Under the pieces are notes generated by a model that did not search any database, had not been told where the DNA came from, and saw nothing but the letters and a program-made list of their open reading frames with translations. The translations under genes and the position numbers were made by a program. Positions 28,782-41,167 of a DNA stretch of 64,000 nt are shown piece after piece. How positions within the stretch are numbered: position 1 is the first letter of the stretch; each line of letters begins with the position of its first letter. Source of the stretch: a virus. The stretch covers positions 64,001 to 128,000 of the IMG/VR virus record IMGVR_UViG_3300044977_000094; one strand, 5' to 3'.

Positions 28782-31700
28782 TTCCCCGGCGGTTGTGCTG
28801 CGGCAGGCAGCAGCACGACTGGATGAGCGCACCCGTCACCGCTGGTGGGTCGAGCGCTGGGAGGACAGCGACGGCTGGGCACCATGCAGCAGCCCCTCCA
28901 CCAGCAGGGAGGAAGCCGAGACGAAGCAGGCCGGGCTCGCCCGAAAGTATCCGGCGATGCACACCCGGATCACCCGCGAGACCACCACCTGGAGCCTGGA
29001 GGACAGCGATGCCTGACGCCTGCGCCCACCCCGACACCGCAGCCCTGGCGTCGAGTTACACGCCGAGCGCCTGGGGTCCTCCGGGTGATCCGCTGCGCCA
29101 GCCGGCGCTGCTCCTGTGCCTGACCGAGGCGGTACCTGACGGCGTGCTGATCGAGATCGGTTACGCCCGGTACGCGGAGACCGCTCGCGTCAAGGAGTGC
29201 ATGGGGAACCGAGCCCCGTACGTGGCCCGACTGTACGAGCCGCTGAGTCGCCCATACCCGGCCGGGGCGCCAATCACGGTGCGGTCGGCCGTCGAGATGT
29301 TCGAGGACGGCATGCCCGGCATCGGCACCACCTCATACACACTCTCCGAGATGGCCAGCAAGGTCGAAGTCGCCCTGCGCACGGTCCCGGTCCGCCTCGG
29401 CCCGAACGCACTGGCCATCCTGCGCGAGGACGGCACGGTTCCGCTGTCCGGTGGGGAGTACGCGGCAATGGCGCTCGCAGTGGCAACGATGCTGGCCGGG
29501 GAGGAGCTGTGACGGGCTGCTGTGCAGAGTGCGGGCAGCGCATCACCTGGTGGCAGTGGCGTCGCGGCCGGACCGCATCCTCCGGACCTGCCGGGCACAC
29601 GCGCCGGACGGCCACCTGGATCGTGCACCTGCACTGCTTGAGGAAGAAGAGGAGGCAGCATGCCTGAGTCCCCGGAGATCGCCGCGCTGGCCAAGCAGGT
29701 CCGCGACGGGCTGGAGGCCGACGAACAGGCGACGCGTGCCGTGGTCGGCATCAACGCCTTGGCCCGACTGAGGCGCGGGATGCCCATTCCGCGATGGATT
29801 GCCAGCCCCGGCGGCGCGGGCATCGACGACACCGAAGGCATTCCGCGCGTCAAGTTCACTTGGGTGCGGGAGCGGGAGCACATCCTGCGCCACGATCCGC
29901 ACCGTGTCCTGGCTGATGTGGCGGCGCGGCGGACCCTGCTGGACAAGGCGCTCGGGTGGAAGCACGGCTATGCCACCAAGACCACCCAGGGGGCGATCTA
30001 CTGTGCCGTCATCGACTCGCCCGACTCAGGCTACGACTGCGACTGCGGCCGTGACGAGCGTGTCCGGGCCGTGCTGACCGCGCTCGCCACGCCATACCAG
30101 GAGGCCGATCGTGGCTGACCCGCTTGAAGACTTCCGCCTCTGGCTGCCCGGCTACGGCGCCACTGACACCCGGGCCCGGTTCAACTACGTCAGCGAGGGC
30201 GGCAACAGCATCAACCTGCTACTCCGCGACATCCAACTCAGCATCATCCGCGACGGCACCGGCGACTGGCAGGCGACCTACACGGAACCCACCCAGCCCG
30301 AGCTGACCTGGACGGCGCGCTCCGACTCGTCATCCGGTGCTGTCCTCACCCTGATCGCCCGCAGGTGCGGGCTCGGCGGGGAAATCCGGGGCGACCGGCC
30401 GAGCGAGGAGGCCGCCGCGCCCTACCAGGAGGAAGCATGACCGAGTTCGAGGACCTGCAAGCCCACTTGGACGGCCACATCAACGGCCGACTCGTCAGCC
30501 AAGCAGACCGTGACGCGGCAGCGATGCGGCTCGACCGGCGATCGGTAGCCCGAAGCCAGATGTCCCGCGAGGCATTCCGGCAGACCTGGGGCGTCAGCCC
30601 AGAAGACGTCCCAATCCCGGAGGAGCACTCGTGAGCCACGTCACCGACCTCGTGTTCATCACCCCCAATGCCGACTGGGTCGACTGCGAGAGCCGCTGCC
30701 TGCGGTTCGAGGCCAGCTTCCTTGCAGCCCATGGCCACGAGATCGTCGCGACCCAGGGTCAGGGGAAGGTCATGTCCACGGCGGTGTACGTCGCCGGCGT
30801 GAACTGGATCAACCAGGAGTGGATCGAGTCCGTCCTGGCCGACGACTGGCCCGAGGGCACCGTGCTGTGGCTCGACATCGAGGGCCTGATGGACCAGCCC
30901 AACGAGCGTGTCGTGCACCTGCTCGGCCCGAAGGGCCTGCGGTGACCCACCGCCCGACCCTGTACCGCACTGGCCGTCCCGGCTGCTGGGCGTCGTGCTG
31001 CTGCGGCTGGACGGCCCAGTGGCGCTGGACCAGCGTCGTGGGGGCACACCTGGAATTCGGCGAGCACCTGATCGGGAAAGAGAGACTGACGTGACCGATG
31101 ACGAGACCGCCTTCCGCGCGTGCATGGAGCTCGACTTCAAGGACTGCGACCCGGTCGCGACCTGCCACTGCGGAGCGCGCTGCTTCGGCGACTCGATCAA
31201 CGACGCGCTGATCGCCTGGGGCAAGCACCTCACCACCGCCCACCGGGGGGAATGGTGACCGACTTCCCCTTGATCCCGCGTACTCCGGCGTCCAAGCTCC
31301 GCTACATCCTGGAGCAGCTCGCGGGCGTGCACGCGCAGGACTCCGCTGGGCAGACCCGGCTGATCGGCGCGCAGATGGTGCTGGAGCAGCTGGCGGAGGA
31401 ACTGGAGGCCGCGCCCGAGTTCCCGCTGCCGATCCACCCGGACGGCACCCACCACTACGTCAGCACCAGCTGCGCCTGCGTCGGCGACAACCTCATGGCC
31501 GACCGCCGGACCGGCCACGAGTACTGCCAGGGCATGACCGGCTACCAAGGAGCCAAGCGCGGCGGGCGCGCGAAATGCTGCGGGGCACCGTGCCAATGCG
31601 CCTGCCACCAGGACGATACGCCGGCTGGTGTTGCCGGGGCCGCAGCGGGCGCAGAGCAGCAGGGAGCTCCCTGGGTCGTGAACCACTGCTTCGAGGGCGA

Positions 31701-32129
31701 GCCGGGCAGCCCCTGCACGGCGGGCCTTGCGGGGACGGTCTGCGGCGAGCCGGACGAGCGGCATGCTCTGGTCGAGGACGAGACGGCAGGCGGTGAGCAC
31801 CGATGACCCCGACAACCCGCTACCTGTGCCCGCTGGAGCACTGTGGATGGCACTACGACCAGAGAATGCCGGACTTCAGCGCCACGTCCGGCGGGACTAC
31901 AGAGGAGATCGTCCAGACCGTCCTGAAGCAGCAGTACGCTGCCGACGAGGTCTTCATCCGGGAGCACCTGGAGACGCACGCCCTGCTGGAGTGGGTAACA
32001 GCGCTCCATGCAGCCCGCGCCGAGCGGGACGGGTGGAAGCGGAAGGCCGAGGTGGACGGGGAGCGGCTGGGCCAGCTGCTCGACGCCGTCCGGGAACGGG
32101 CCGAGGCGACCGGCGGTATCCAGCGGTGA
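28774..32129 (+). CDS. Coupled small hypothetical genes including a DUF6221 protein (29660-30118); others 28774-29016, 29009-29512, 30111-30440, 30437-30634, 30631-30945, 31091-31258, 31252-31806, 31803-32129
   Basis: Overlapping start/stop codons. HILRHDPHRVLADVAARRTLL is typical of DUF6221. Confidence 0.6.
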
Positions 32130-32159
32130 CGCCGGGCCGTGCCGCCCTGGGTCGGCTGC

Positions 32160-32495
32160 TCAGTGCTGATGTCGGGCTGCCATCGCCTTCGGCCCGTACT
32201 CGGCTTCGATGTCGGTCCCCTCGGCGCCGCGGCTGATGATGCGCATGCAGGCCGGGTCCCACTGGTAGGTGACGGTGCTCGCCGACTGCCATGCGTGCCG
32301 GCCGAGGCGGATGTCGCATTGGTAGGCGATGTGGCCGGGGCTGGTGTGGCGGGCTTGTACGACGGCGAATCGCCACTGGCCGAGTGTGTAGATCCACATT
32401 TCGGGGCGGTGTCCTGCGGGGTAGAGGCGCACCTGCGCGTTGGGGGTGTCTGGGTGCTTGGCTGGGGTGGCTTCGTGTGGTGGTGCGTGGCGCAT
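32160..32495 (-). CDS. Hypothetical protein, probably LexA-regulated
   Basis: 111-aa ORF whose ATG lies 3 nt from an SOS box. Confidence 0.6.
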   Translation of the reverse strand: MRHAPPHEATPAKHPDTPNAQVRLYPAGHRPEMWIYTLGQWRFAVVQARHTSPGHIAYQCDIRLGRHAWQSASTVTYQWDPACMRIISRGAEGTDIEAEYGPKAMAARHQH

Positions 32496-32498
32496 GCT

Positions 32499-32514
32499 TC
32501 GAACATTGGCTCGA
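32499..32514. promoter_or_regulatory. LexA (SOS) box
   Basis: TCGAAC-ATTG-GCTCGA matches the actinobacterial consensus TCGAAC-N4-GNNCGA. Confidence 0.65.
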
Positions 32515-32663
32515 ATCGGACGTGAATGCCCAGGTCAACGCCACGTGTCAGACCCGCGCCGTAGCGTCACTGGTGCGCACCCCGGCCACCGGCACAGCAG
32601 GCCCGGCATATGGCGCAGCACTGTGGCCCGGACCCGACAGACGGGGACCGGGCCATAGAGACG

Positions 32664-35600
32664 TCAGCGGTCACGCCGGTACTGAAGGCGTGCACCGCAT
32701 TCGCCACAGAAGCAGTCTGAGTCGACGTCCTTATGCGGGCATGCGGCCTGCCGGACGGCGCGGAGTCGACGACGCTCCTCGGCTTGAGCTTCCGCCTGCA
32801 CCATCTGCTTGTAGCGGCGGATCTCCCGCTGAATCCCCAGGCGCTCCTGCTGGCGCAGCGGCACGTACCCCAGCCACTCCACGCACGACTTGTGCACCCC
32901 GTTGACCAGGCCGTCCGCGTCGTGCATGCCGCAGATCGGGCAGCAGCCGGCCGGGCAGCCGACGGCGGCAGGGAAGACCGGGGTGCGGACGGGAGGCGGC
33001 GGTGCTGTCTGCGAGTGGAGCCTGCGCAGGCGCCGACGGGCACCCGCCACGTCCCCCATGCCGATGGCCAGAGCGATCAGCGTGAGCGGCCACAGAGCAG
33101 GACGCGCGATGAATGCCGCAGTGCACACAGCCATGCAGACCAAGTTGATCCACAGGATCGCGATCAGGTACCGCCTCATCCCTCCGCCTCCCATCCCCAT
33201 GCCTTGGCGAGCCCCAGCACCGTCCGGCACGGCCAGTCCACCGCATCGTCCGGCTCGACCTGCTGGCTGATGGGGAGGTCCAGCCACTTGGCGCAGCGAC
33301 GGCAGTAGCGGCCCTCGTCCAGGTTGTGTTCGGCCAGGATCTCCCGCTCCGCCGCGACCCGGGCCAGGACCGTCCCCGGGTGGTTGGCGGCGATGAAGTC
33401 AGCGTCGGCTATCTCCACGACACCGCCTCCCTCATAGCCGTGGCCGACGACGTTCGCACTGCCCCACCAAGCCCCCGAGGCGGCTGCTTCGGTGCCGATG
33501 TCGGCCGCGAAGTCGTCGTCGCCCCAGTCGTGCCGCTGTGCGAACCACGGCCCCGGCGTCGCCGCCCGTGCCTGCCCCTCAGCCCGCTCGTGCGCGGCCA
33601 GCAGGTAGGCCACCGCAGGGTGCTCGCTCATCGCCTCATCCTCTCGTCGCGACAACAACACCAGTCGGCGTAGCCTGCTTCGCCGTCCTCGAAGCACGAG
33701 TAGCAGCAGAAGCCCTTGTGGTGCTCCGACTGGCACCAGTATTCGACGTCGTCGTGCCTTGGGATCCCTAGCTTCTCCTGGAGAGGCAGCGCCTCGATCT
33801 GCTCGTACAGCTCGCTGCGGTACCGGCGCCACCAGCGGAGCTGCGACGCTTTACCCCACCGCTTCACCACGTCTGGGACGCGGCCACGGACTGGTGGGTG
33901 TAGCGGCTGGTAGTCCGGGTCGTCCAGCGGGGCGACGTCAGGCATCGCCGTCGTCCTGCTTCTCGGGGTCGCAGCAGCCGTCCAGGCCCCGGCAGCGCCC
34001 GTACGTGTCAGTGCACGGCCCGATGCACGACTCCTCACCACACGGCCCGTAGATCCGGCCGTTCAGGCACGCGAGGTCCGGGACGTGACCACACGGACAG
34101 GGCAGGTCAGCCATGCTGGTCCTCCAGGATTTCGCGGCCTTCGCAGCCGCAGGGCTCGAACCGCCAATGCCGCTCGGTGCTCAACGTCGTCTCCTCGCCG
34201 TAGAAGCGGCCGACTACGCCCTCCAGCACGGTGGCGTAGCCGAAGGTCCACCACGGCGGACCGAACCGCGTGCCGCACAGCGGGCAGGCCATATCCCGCC
34301 ATGGCCACTGCGACAGGCGCAGTCGCAGCAGGTCCAGCGGGTGAATGATCGGCATCGCCATCGGCAGGTAGTCGCCGACCCGATCCGCCGTGTGGTCGCC
34401 GTCGTGGCAGCACCACAACCCGCACTGCTCATTGTCGACGACGCAGCAGCAGTAGTGCTGCTCGCCGTCGAACAGCCGCATGTGCTCGGCCTTCGCCGCC
34501 CGCGTGTTCGCCTGCTCCTCGGCCCGGACCGCTTCGGTGAACGCCCGCTCGCGCCGGAGCATCCGGCGGTGCTCGCGGACCACCCATCCGCCGAGCAGGA
34601 CGGCGTACACGACCAGGGCGATGCCCACCACGGTGATCACGGCTGCTCCTGGTACTGGTCGATGTCGGGCAGGTCGGTCGTGCTCCGCTGCGGCGCCCAT
34701 GCCGGCTCGCAGTCCCCGCCGGCATCGTCGGCCTCGTCGGCTTCTTCCGCGCACCAGCGGCACAGGTCCGTGAGGATGCCCTGCGCGTCAAGAGCCAGAT
34801 CGGCGGCCGGAGTCGGCTCCTGGCAGGACCAGCACATGACCTGGTCGGCTATCCGCTGGCCGGTCACTGATCGGCCTCCGTCTCGTTCGCCGGGGTCCCG
34901 CACCCGCGCGTGATTCCGAGCCCGTCGCAGCAGCGGTGGCAGCGCTGGAGTCCGAGCCGGGACCCAACCCCGGGCAGCGTCCACCAGCCGCGCTGCCCGC
35001 ACACCGCGCGGAGGCGCAGCGGCTCGGCGGTGTCGATGCTGGTGCGCATCTCCTCGACGGTCAGGGACTCGCCGGGGATGGCGTGCAGGCGACGCCAGTC
35101 GCCAGTCACGAGCCACCACTGGCCGTGGTTCTCGGGAATCGGGTGCGCGGTCACCGCCCACCCCACACGTCGCGGTGGCGGTCGTGCGAGCAGCCCCGAT
35201 CGTGGCGTGCGCCGACCGGGACATGGCAGTCCGGGCACGGATCGCCGTCCGTCGAGTCTTCCTCCGACAAGCGTGTCAGCTCGGCCGCGGCCCGGTCATG
35301 GGGGCAGCCGGAACCGAGACACGGCGAACCGGTGCCGCAGGGGTCAGCACCGCTACGGGCGCGGCGTAGCGGGTCCGATTCGATCAACGCCGCGACCGCG
35401 TCCGGGTCGGCCATGAACGAGTGCGCCCAGTCCTGGCGGTAGTCGCAGGACTCGTCCGGGCAGTGCCAGCCGTCGGTCTCGGCTATCAGCGTCTGGTGCA
35501 GCGGATGGGCAGCACCGCACGTGAACGGGTGCATCAGGCCGGATGCCTGAAGCCGGTTGAGGGTCGCGACTTGCCGCTCGGACCACGGAGGGCGGATCAG

Positions 35601-38600
35601 GTCAAGCACGGGTGATCTCCTCGGTCGCTTCCGGGAGTGTCTGTCCGCAGGCGCGGCACACCATGGCGGCGAACGCCTCTGTGATCTCCGGGTGCTGGAC
35701 CTCGTCGATGAGGTGGTCCAGTTCGGGGTCACCGGTGTGGTGGAGGGATTCGACGGCGGGGGTGTGGGCTTGGTTGTACTGCTCCTCGGTCATGATCTCT
35801 TCTCCTCGGGCATCGTGGCGACAACGACGCGATCAGCGCCGACCATGTCGCACAGTTCCTCAATCGGGTTCAGCCGCTCCCATGCGCCGGGGGCGAGCGG
35901 TTCAACGGTCAGCTCCTCGCCGAACCGGCGCTCAGCGTGCAGGAGCCACGCCATCAGGTCCGGAACGTCGATGTCCTCGGGCGGCGTGACGCCGTCGAGC
36001 TGCGGGTGCTGGGCGAGGACCGCAGGACGGCACGCGTCCATCGCGCGGGGGAGCTGGTGCGTGAAGAGGTCGTCGCCGGTCAGGTCGTTCAGGATGTTGT
36101 AGATCCCGGCCATGTGCTGGCGGGACAGCAGGCGGCCGGTGGTGACGGACAGGATGTCGGCGAGCGGGTACGAGCGGGACATCAGGACTCCTCGGTGGGG
36201 GTGGGGGTGCCGGGGCACCAGGCGGGTGTCATGCCCGGCTGCGGTGCCCAGGGGTGCGGGCGGTGCGGGAACATTGGCGAGCCGCCGAACTGGCGCAGGA
36301 CGGTCATGCTGCACGGCACCCGCTCGGCACCGTCATAGGCGGCGTCCTCAGGGCCGTTCCAGTCCGCGTCGTCCGCGCGGGGCGCGCCGGGTGTGGGGCC
36401 GTCCCCGTCGAGCAGCCGGAGCACGTCCTGCGCGGTCTCCCGTGCGGCGACCCGACACGAGTCGGCGGCCAGGGCGCAGTAAGCGCGGACGCGGGTGATT
36501 GCAGCCTCGGCCTTCTCGGCGCGTTCGGTCTCCTGGATGCTGCCGTCCAGCACCCGGGCGCACGAAAGGCAGTCGGTGCCCCAGGTGATCGCGTTGACCT
36601 GCTCGCCGGTCGCGGCGATGTGCTCCAGCATCTCCGCGGGCGTGTCGTCGGCGCGGACGATGCCTGCTCGGACGAGGGCGGTGGTGAGCTGGTCCACGCG
36701 GGCCATGAGCGGCTGTACGACCTCGCCGATGATCGTGTCGGCGGCGACCTGGTAGTCGTGCGGCTCCAGATCAACAAGGCTGCAGCTGAACCCGGCATCC
36801 TTGCTGCACGCCAAGCGGATCTGGTCCCGGATCTCGGCGAGGCGCGCGTCGTCGGGCTGCGGGTTGGTGCGGCGGGCATGAGCGAGCTGGTCGGCCCGCA
36901 GGCTGCGATCGGTCACGGCTGGCCTCCGGAGTTGATCGGGCGGAGCTTCATCGCTGCCGACTCATCGGGCGTGAGGCGGTCCCGCTGCTCCTCGGTGACC
37001 CACGGCCCGTAGTGCACGTCACGCACCATGAGGGTCCTGGTCTCGCCGCGCGCGAGGGGACGCTCCATGTCGCGGTGGGCTTGGTCCATGTCGTCGCCGT
37101 AGCTGCCGATGTGTGTTCCGGCGGTGACGTTCTCGTAGCGGATCGCCCACTCGGTGGCGACCTCGGCGCGCTCAGGCATGCTGGCCTCCGGTGAGGATCG
37201 CGCGAGCAGTAGCCAGGGTCTCCTGGCCGCCGACACGGTTCAGCAGGTCGGGGGCCAACTCGGCAACGCGCGCCCACTGGTCGAACACCATCGCAAGGCT
37301 CACGGCGACGCCCGGATGCATGCGGGCCTGCGGGTCGGGATCGGGTGACGTGGCAGCGGTGCGCAGCTTGGCGCTGGCCGCGCGGAGTTCGTCGGCGGGG
37401 GTGAGGTCAGGCATCGGGGGCGTCCTCGGGTGTGGTGAAGTCGTAGAACATGACCAGGTCTGTGCCGTCCTGCCGCATGGTTGCCTCGGAGACGGGCACG
37501 CCGTGGGCGCGCATCGCCGTGGTGAGCAGCTGCTTCAATGCGGGCAGGCGGTCGACCAGGACGGGCAGCGGAGTGCGGAGTTCGATGCGCACAGGGATCT
37601 CGGCCATCACTCGCCGTCCTCGGCGGCAGGCAGCGAGGCAGCGGGCACGAGCGGCCCGAAGTCCCGCTCGACGCTCTCCCGCTGCTCCCGCCAACCGTTG
37701 TCGCAGTCAGCGGCCATAGCGACGGGCCGGAAAAGCTGCACGTCACCGCCGGGCCGGTCCATCCAGATGTCGCCGTGACGGTCCCGGTACCGGGCGCCTT
37801 CCGGGCGCTTGAGCAGCGCACGGAGCCGGTCGATCTCCGCGACCAACTCCACTGTCACCGCGTCGGTCGAGTCGGAGCGGATCTCGGTCAGGCGGCCATC
37901 GGACATGGTCATGTGCTGCTCCTTGGTTCGGCCGGCTGATCCGGCAGGGGACTACGGGCGGGCGGTGTCGGCGGTCGGGGTGGTGGTGAGGTTGGCGGCG
38001 TAGGCCCGCAATGCCCGGGCGCAGTCGACGGTGTGCCTGGCTGCTTCCTGCATCTCCGCGTCGTCGAAGCCAGCCTGGGTTCCGGCGATGCATTCAAGGA
38101 CGGAAGCGGCGTCGATGAAGCCCTGCGCGCGGTGCCGTGCGGCCGTTCGACGCTGCTCGCCAGCGCCGGTCAACTCGTCCAGGACGCCACGCCAGAAGAC
38201 GCGGGCGCTCATCGCGTGCCGCCTTCCAGCCCGTCGGCGCGCTCGCTGCGGACCTCCGTCATGGTGTGCCGCTCCCACGCGCCAGCCAGGTCCTCCACGA
38301 GGTTGTCGCCGAACCCGGCCGGGAGCGACCCCAGGGGCCGACCGCACTGGCAGTGAGCCTGCACCGCCCGGGCCGGGCCAGCGCAGTGCGTCTGCCAGCG
38401 CATGAACACCGGAAGCCACGGGCGGTTCGGACGCAGCGCGTACTCGAACGTCTTCTGGCACTCGCAGTGGATGTAGAACTCGCAGTCGCCGTACTCGATC
38501 ACGAGCGCGTGGCCGGGGGTGTACTCGACGATGAGAGCGTGGCCGCCCTCAAGGGTCTCGCGCCATTCCGGGTCGGGCGGGGTGGACGGCTCGGGCAGGT

Positions 38601-38861
38601 ACAGAGCGGGCATGGTCACGCCTCCTTGCTGGTGGTGTCGGCGGCCTGGCGGGCGACGGCGTCGAGCGCCGCATTCACGGCCCGCGAGATGCGGACGTTC
38701 GCACCCCACCGCGGCTGCGGCACCGGCCGGTCGTCGCCCTTGTCGAGGCGGTACCGCTCCTCGGTGAGGATCAAGGCCAGCTCGCGCAGATCGGCGGGGT
38801 CGAGCAGGAGCGCCGGCGGGGTGATCGCGGCGGGTTGGGTGTCGGGCAGGGGAGTGGACAT
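32664..38861 (-). CDS. Coupled small early genes including DUF6221 (33176-33631); others 32664-33179, 33628-33945, 34107-34640, 34637-34867, 34864-35154, 35151-35609, 35602-35793, 35790-36182, 36182-36916, 36913-37179, 37172-37414, 37407-37607, 37607-37912, 37952-38212, 38209-38613, 38616-38861
   Basis: Near-continuous chain of overlapping start/stop codons, typical of actinophage early regions; many are Cys-rich. Confidence 0.62.
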
Positions 38862-38923
38862 CGGTCAGTCCTTCCGGTCGGGGTGGGTGGCGGTCCAGCA
38901 GTCGGGGCAGATGTCGCCGGCGG

Positions 38924-39937
38924 TCAACGGGGCACCGCCAGAGCCCGGCGGTGGGCACCGAGCAGTACCCCGTAGGCGTAGTGGGCCTGCTGGGGCACTA
39001 CGCCGTTGCCGATGATCTTGAGTTCGTCCGGGCGTTTGAGTCCAAGCCCGGTCACGTGCCCGGCGTCCAGCCCCATCAGCCACTCCGCGAACGCCGGCGA
39101 CAAGCGTCGATTCCCGCGGGTGCCAGGCTCCGTCGGCTCCGGTGCACGGCGACCGACCACGCCTTCCCAGCGGCGAATCGCGGGCCCGTAGTCCACGCCG
39201 TCCAACGACACCCAGTCGCGATCAAGACGTACCGCCATGCCCGGCAGGTAGTAGCGGCCCTGCGTGTCACGCTGGTTCGGGCCACCATGTGGGCCGTCCG
39301 AGGCTTTCGGGGTCGGCAGCAGATTCAGAGACGGGTCACCAGGGTTCGCAGGTTCATGCCGCCCTTGCGCTTCGGCGACGTCCCAGCACCGCCAGTTCCG
39401 TCCGCTGTCGTCGGGGTCGGCAGCAGCGGGATGGGCGAAGGCGAACCAGCGGTACCGGTTGTGCGGGGCGCCGATCTCGGCGTCACCAGCTCGTAGGCAT
39501 GTCCACCGCGCGTCATACCCGATTTGGGCCAGGTCGCCGGCGACGACGTCCAGCCCGCGGGACCGGATCGCCGCCACGTTCTCCAGGAAGAGGAGACGCG
39601 GTCGAAGGACGCGAACAGCCTCAACGATGTTCTTCCAGATGCCCGAGCGCTTGCCATGGATTCCGATCCTTGGTCCGGCGTTGCTGATGTCCGTGCAGGG
39701 AAAGCCGGCGGCGATGACGTTCGGGCGATACAGCTCCCGGACCTTCTGCCAGTCGGCCTTGGTGACGTCGCCGAGGTTGGGGACGCCGGGGTGGTGGTGT
39801 TCGAAGACGGTGGCGGCGGCGGTGTCGTTCTCGGCGCCGACGACGACCTGGCCGCCGAGGCCGGCACGGATGGCGATTTCCAGGCCGCCGTAGCCGGAGC
39901 ACAGGGAGGCGATGCGGGTACTGCCGGTGCTGGTCAC
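38924..39937 (-). CDS. DNA (cytosine-5) methyltransferase
   Basis: Motifs I SLCSGYGG, IV GFPC, VI ENV, VIII PHNRYRWF, IX RLSP..EWLMG, X IGNGVVP. Confidence 0.92.
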   Translation of the reverse strand: MTSTGSTRIASLCSGYGGLEIAIRAGLGGQVVVGAENDTAAATVFEHHHPGVPNLGDVTKADWQKVRELYRPNVIAAGFPCTDISNAGPRIGIHGKRSGIWKNIVEAVRVLRPRLLFLENVAAIRSRGLDVVAGDLAQIGYDARWTCLRAGDAEIGAPHNRYRWFAFAHPAAADPDDSGRNWRCWDVAEAQGRHEPANPGDPSLNLLPTPKASDGPHGGPNQRDTQGRYYLPGMAVRLDRDWVSLDGVDYGPAIRRWEGVVGRRAPEPTEPGTRGNRRLSPAFAEWLMGLDAGHVTGLGLKRPDELKIIGNGVVPQQAHYAYGVLLGAHRRALAVPR

Positions 39938-39995
39938 GGTGCTGCTCCTGGGGGCTGGTGGGTGTGGCGCGGCGGGGCTAGACAGCGGGGGCGGC

Positions 39996-40352
39996 TCAGT
40001 AGGCGCGGAAGTCGTTGTCGGCCATCGCTGCGGGCTGCTCCGGCTGATGTGCAGGCCGAGGGGCAGGCTCCGGTTGGGGCTTTGGCAACGTGGATATGTC
40101 CAGCGCGGCTATCTGGACGCTCTCCGCGTCCTCGCGGGTCGCGTGGTGCATAGAAAGTCCAGCCAGTCCCCACGAGGCCCAGCGCTGCCCGTCGCGGATG
40201 TTGCTCGCGGTGCAGAAGTAGCTGCCGCCGATGGTGTGGCCGTTTGCGACGAGGAGGAACTCGTCTCCGGGCTCGTCTCGGGACCCGAGTGTGGAGAAGC
40301 CGTCGTACTCGGGAACCCGGGTGACGATCGGGCGCGTGGTCGTAGTGGTCAT
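39996..40352 (-). CDS. Hypothetical protein
   Basis: GGAGG SD, 118 aa. Confidence 0.6.
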   Translation of the reverse strand: MTTTTTRPIVTRVPEYDGFSTLGSRDEPGDEFLLVANGHTIGGSYFCTASNIRDGQRWASWGLAGLSMHHATREDAESVQIAALDISTLPKPQPEPAPRPAHQPEQPAAMADNDFRAY

Positions 40353-40355
40353 GGT

Positions 40356-40676
40356 CTATGCGACCTCCAGCGCGCGGGCGGCAAGTTGGTGGTAGCAGCG
40401 GCGGCCCTTGCTCCCGGCCTCGCAGGTGCAGGCGTCGCTGGTGCAGCGGTGGATGCGGCTGCCGTCGGTGGACACCGCGAGCCAGATCCGGCCCCGCAGG
40501 GGGTGGATGGCGTTGTCCTCGATCAGCTCGACGGCCTTGGCGGCCTGGTCGGCGGTGTAGCCGGTGGTGGTGGCGATGCGGCGGACGAGGGCGGCGGTGG
40601 TGGTGAGCGCCGTAGCGAGGAGCTGGCGGCCGGCGTGGGCTGCGGTGGTGATCCAGCGGCGGGCGATGGTGCGCAT
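40356..40676 (-). CDS. SWIM zinc-finger protein
   Basis: CTCEAGSKGRRCYH (CxC...CxH). Confidence 0.7.
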   Translation of the reverse strand: MRTIARRWITTAAHAGRQLLATALTTTAALVRRIATTTGYTADQAAKAVELIEDNAIHPLRGRIWLAVSTDGSRIHRCTSDACTCEAGSKGRRCYHQLAARALEVA

Positions 40677-40710
40677 CTCGGGCTCCTCGGTGGGTGCTGC
40701 GCTTCCGTTC

Positions 40711-40815
40711 CTTGTGGGTACAACGCTACGCATCTTGTGGGTACAAGGCAAGTGATTGAGCAAAGAATCTTGTGGGTGCAAGATGTGCACGGCGCCATTG
40801 CTCTTGTGGGTACAC
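40711..40815. promoter_or_regulatory. Four operator repeats CTTGTGGGT(A/G)CA(A/C)
   Basis: Copies at 40711, 40734, 40769 and 40803 in an AT-richer divergent intergenic region. Confidence 0.75.
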
Positions 40816-40832
40816 GCCGCTACCCTGCGAAC

Positions 40833-41081
40833 ATGGTCAAGACGCCCGACGACTACGAGAAGTCCAAGAACATCCGCGTCCCCAACGCCGAGGAATGGGC
40901 ACCATTCCTGGAGGCCACCAAAGCCATGCACCCCGAAGGACGCAGCCCACGCGCCCAAGTAATCCGCGAGTTCATCCGCTGGTACATGCGCCGCCCCGGA
41001 GCCAAACTCCCCGAGCGCCCGCCGGCCGGACCTTGGTCGACACTGCCCGCCGCCTCCGAGCACGCCCCGCCGCAGCCCTGA
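40833..41081 (+). CDS. Ribbon-helix-helix-like regulator
   Basis: KNIRVP..EW......RAQVIREFIRWYMRRPGAKLPERP. Confidence 0.7.
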   Translation: MVKTPDDYEKSKNIRVPNAEEWAPFLEATKAMHPEGRSPRAQVIREFIRWYMRRPGAKLPERPPAGPWSTLPAASEHAPPQP

Positions 41082-41167
41082 GCCGCCTCGCCCCGCACGC
41101 CCCCGGCCCACGCCGCGGGGCACATCACGCTGCCCGCAGGCAGGAGACGGGCACGGAACGTTGAGCG

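Noticed and set aside
8937-32660. Direct-repeat boundaries of a discrete inserted element
   Set aside because: No convincing target duplication or att core found by eye and no second integrase; needs alignment to related genomes
40711-40815. Mini-CRISPR array
   Set aside because: Repeats are only 13 bp with irregular 10-22 bp gaps in a divergent promoter, which fits operators
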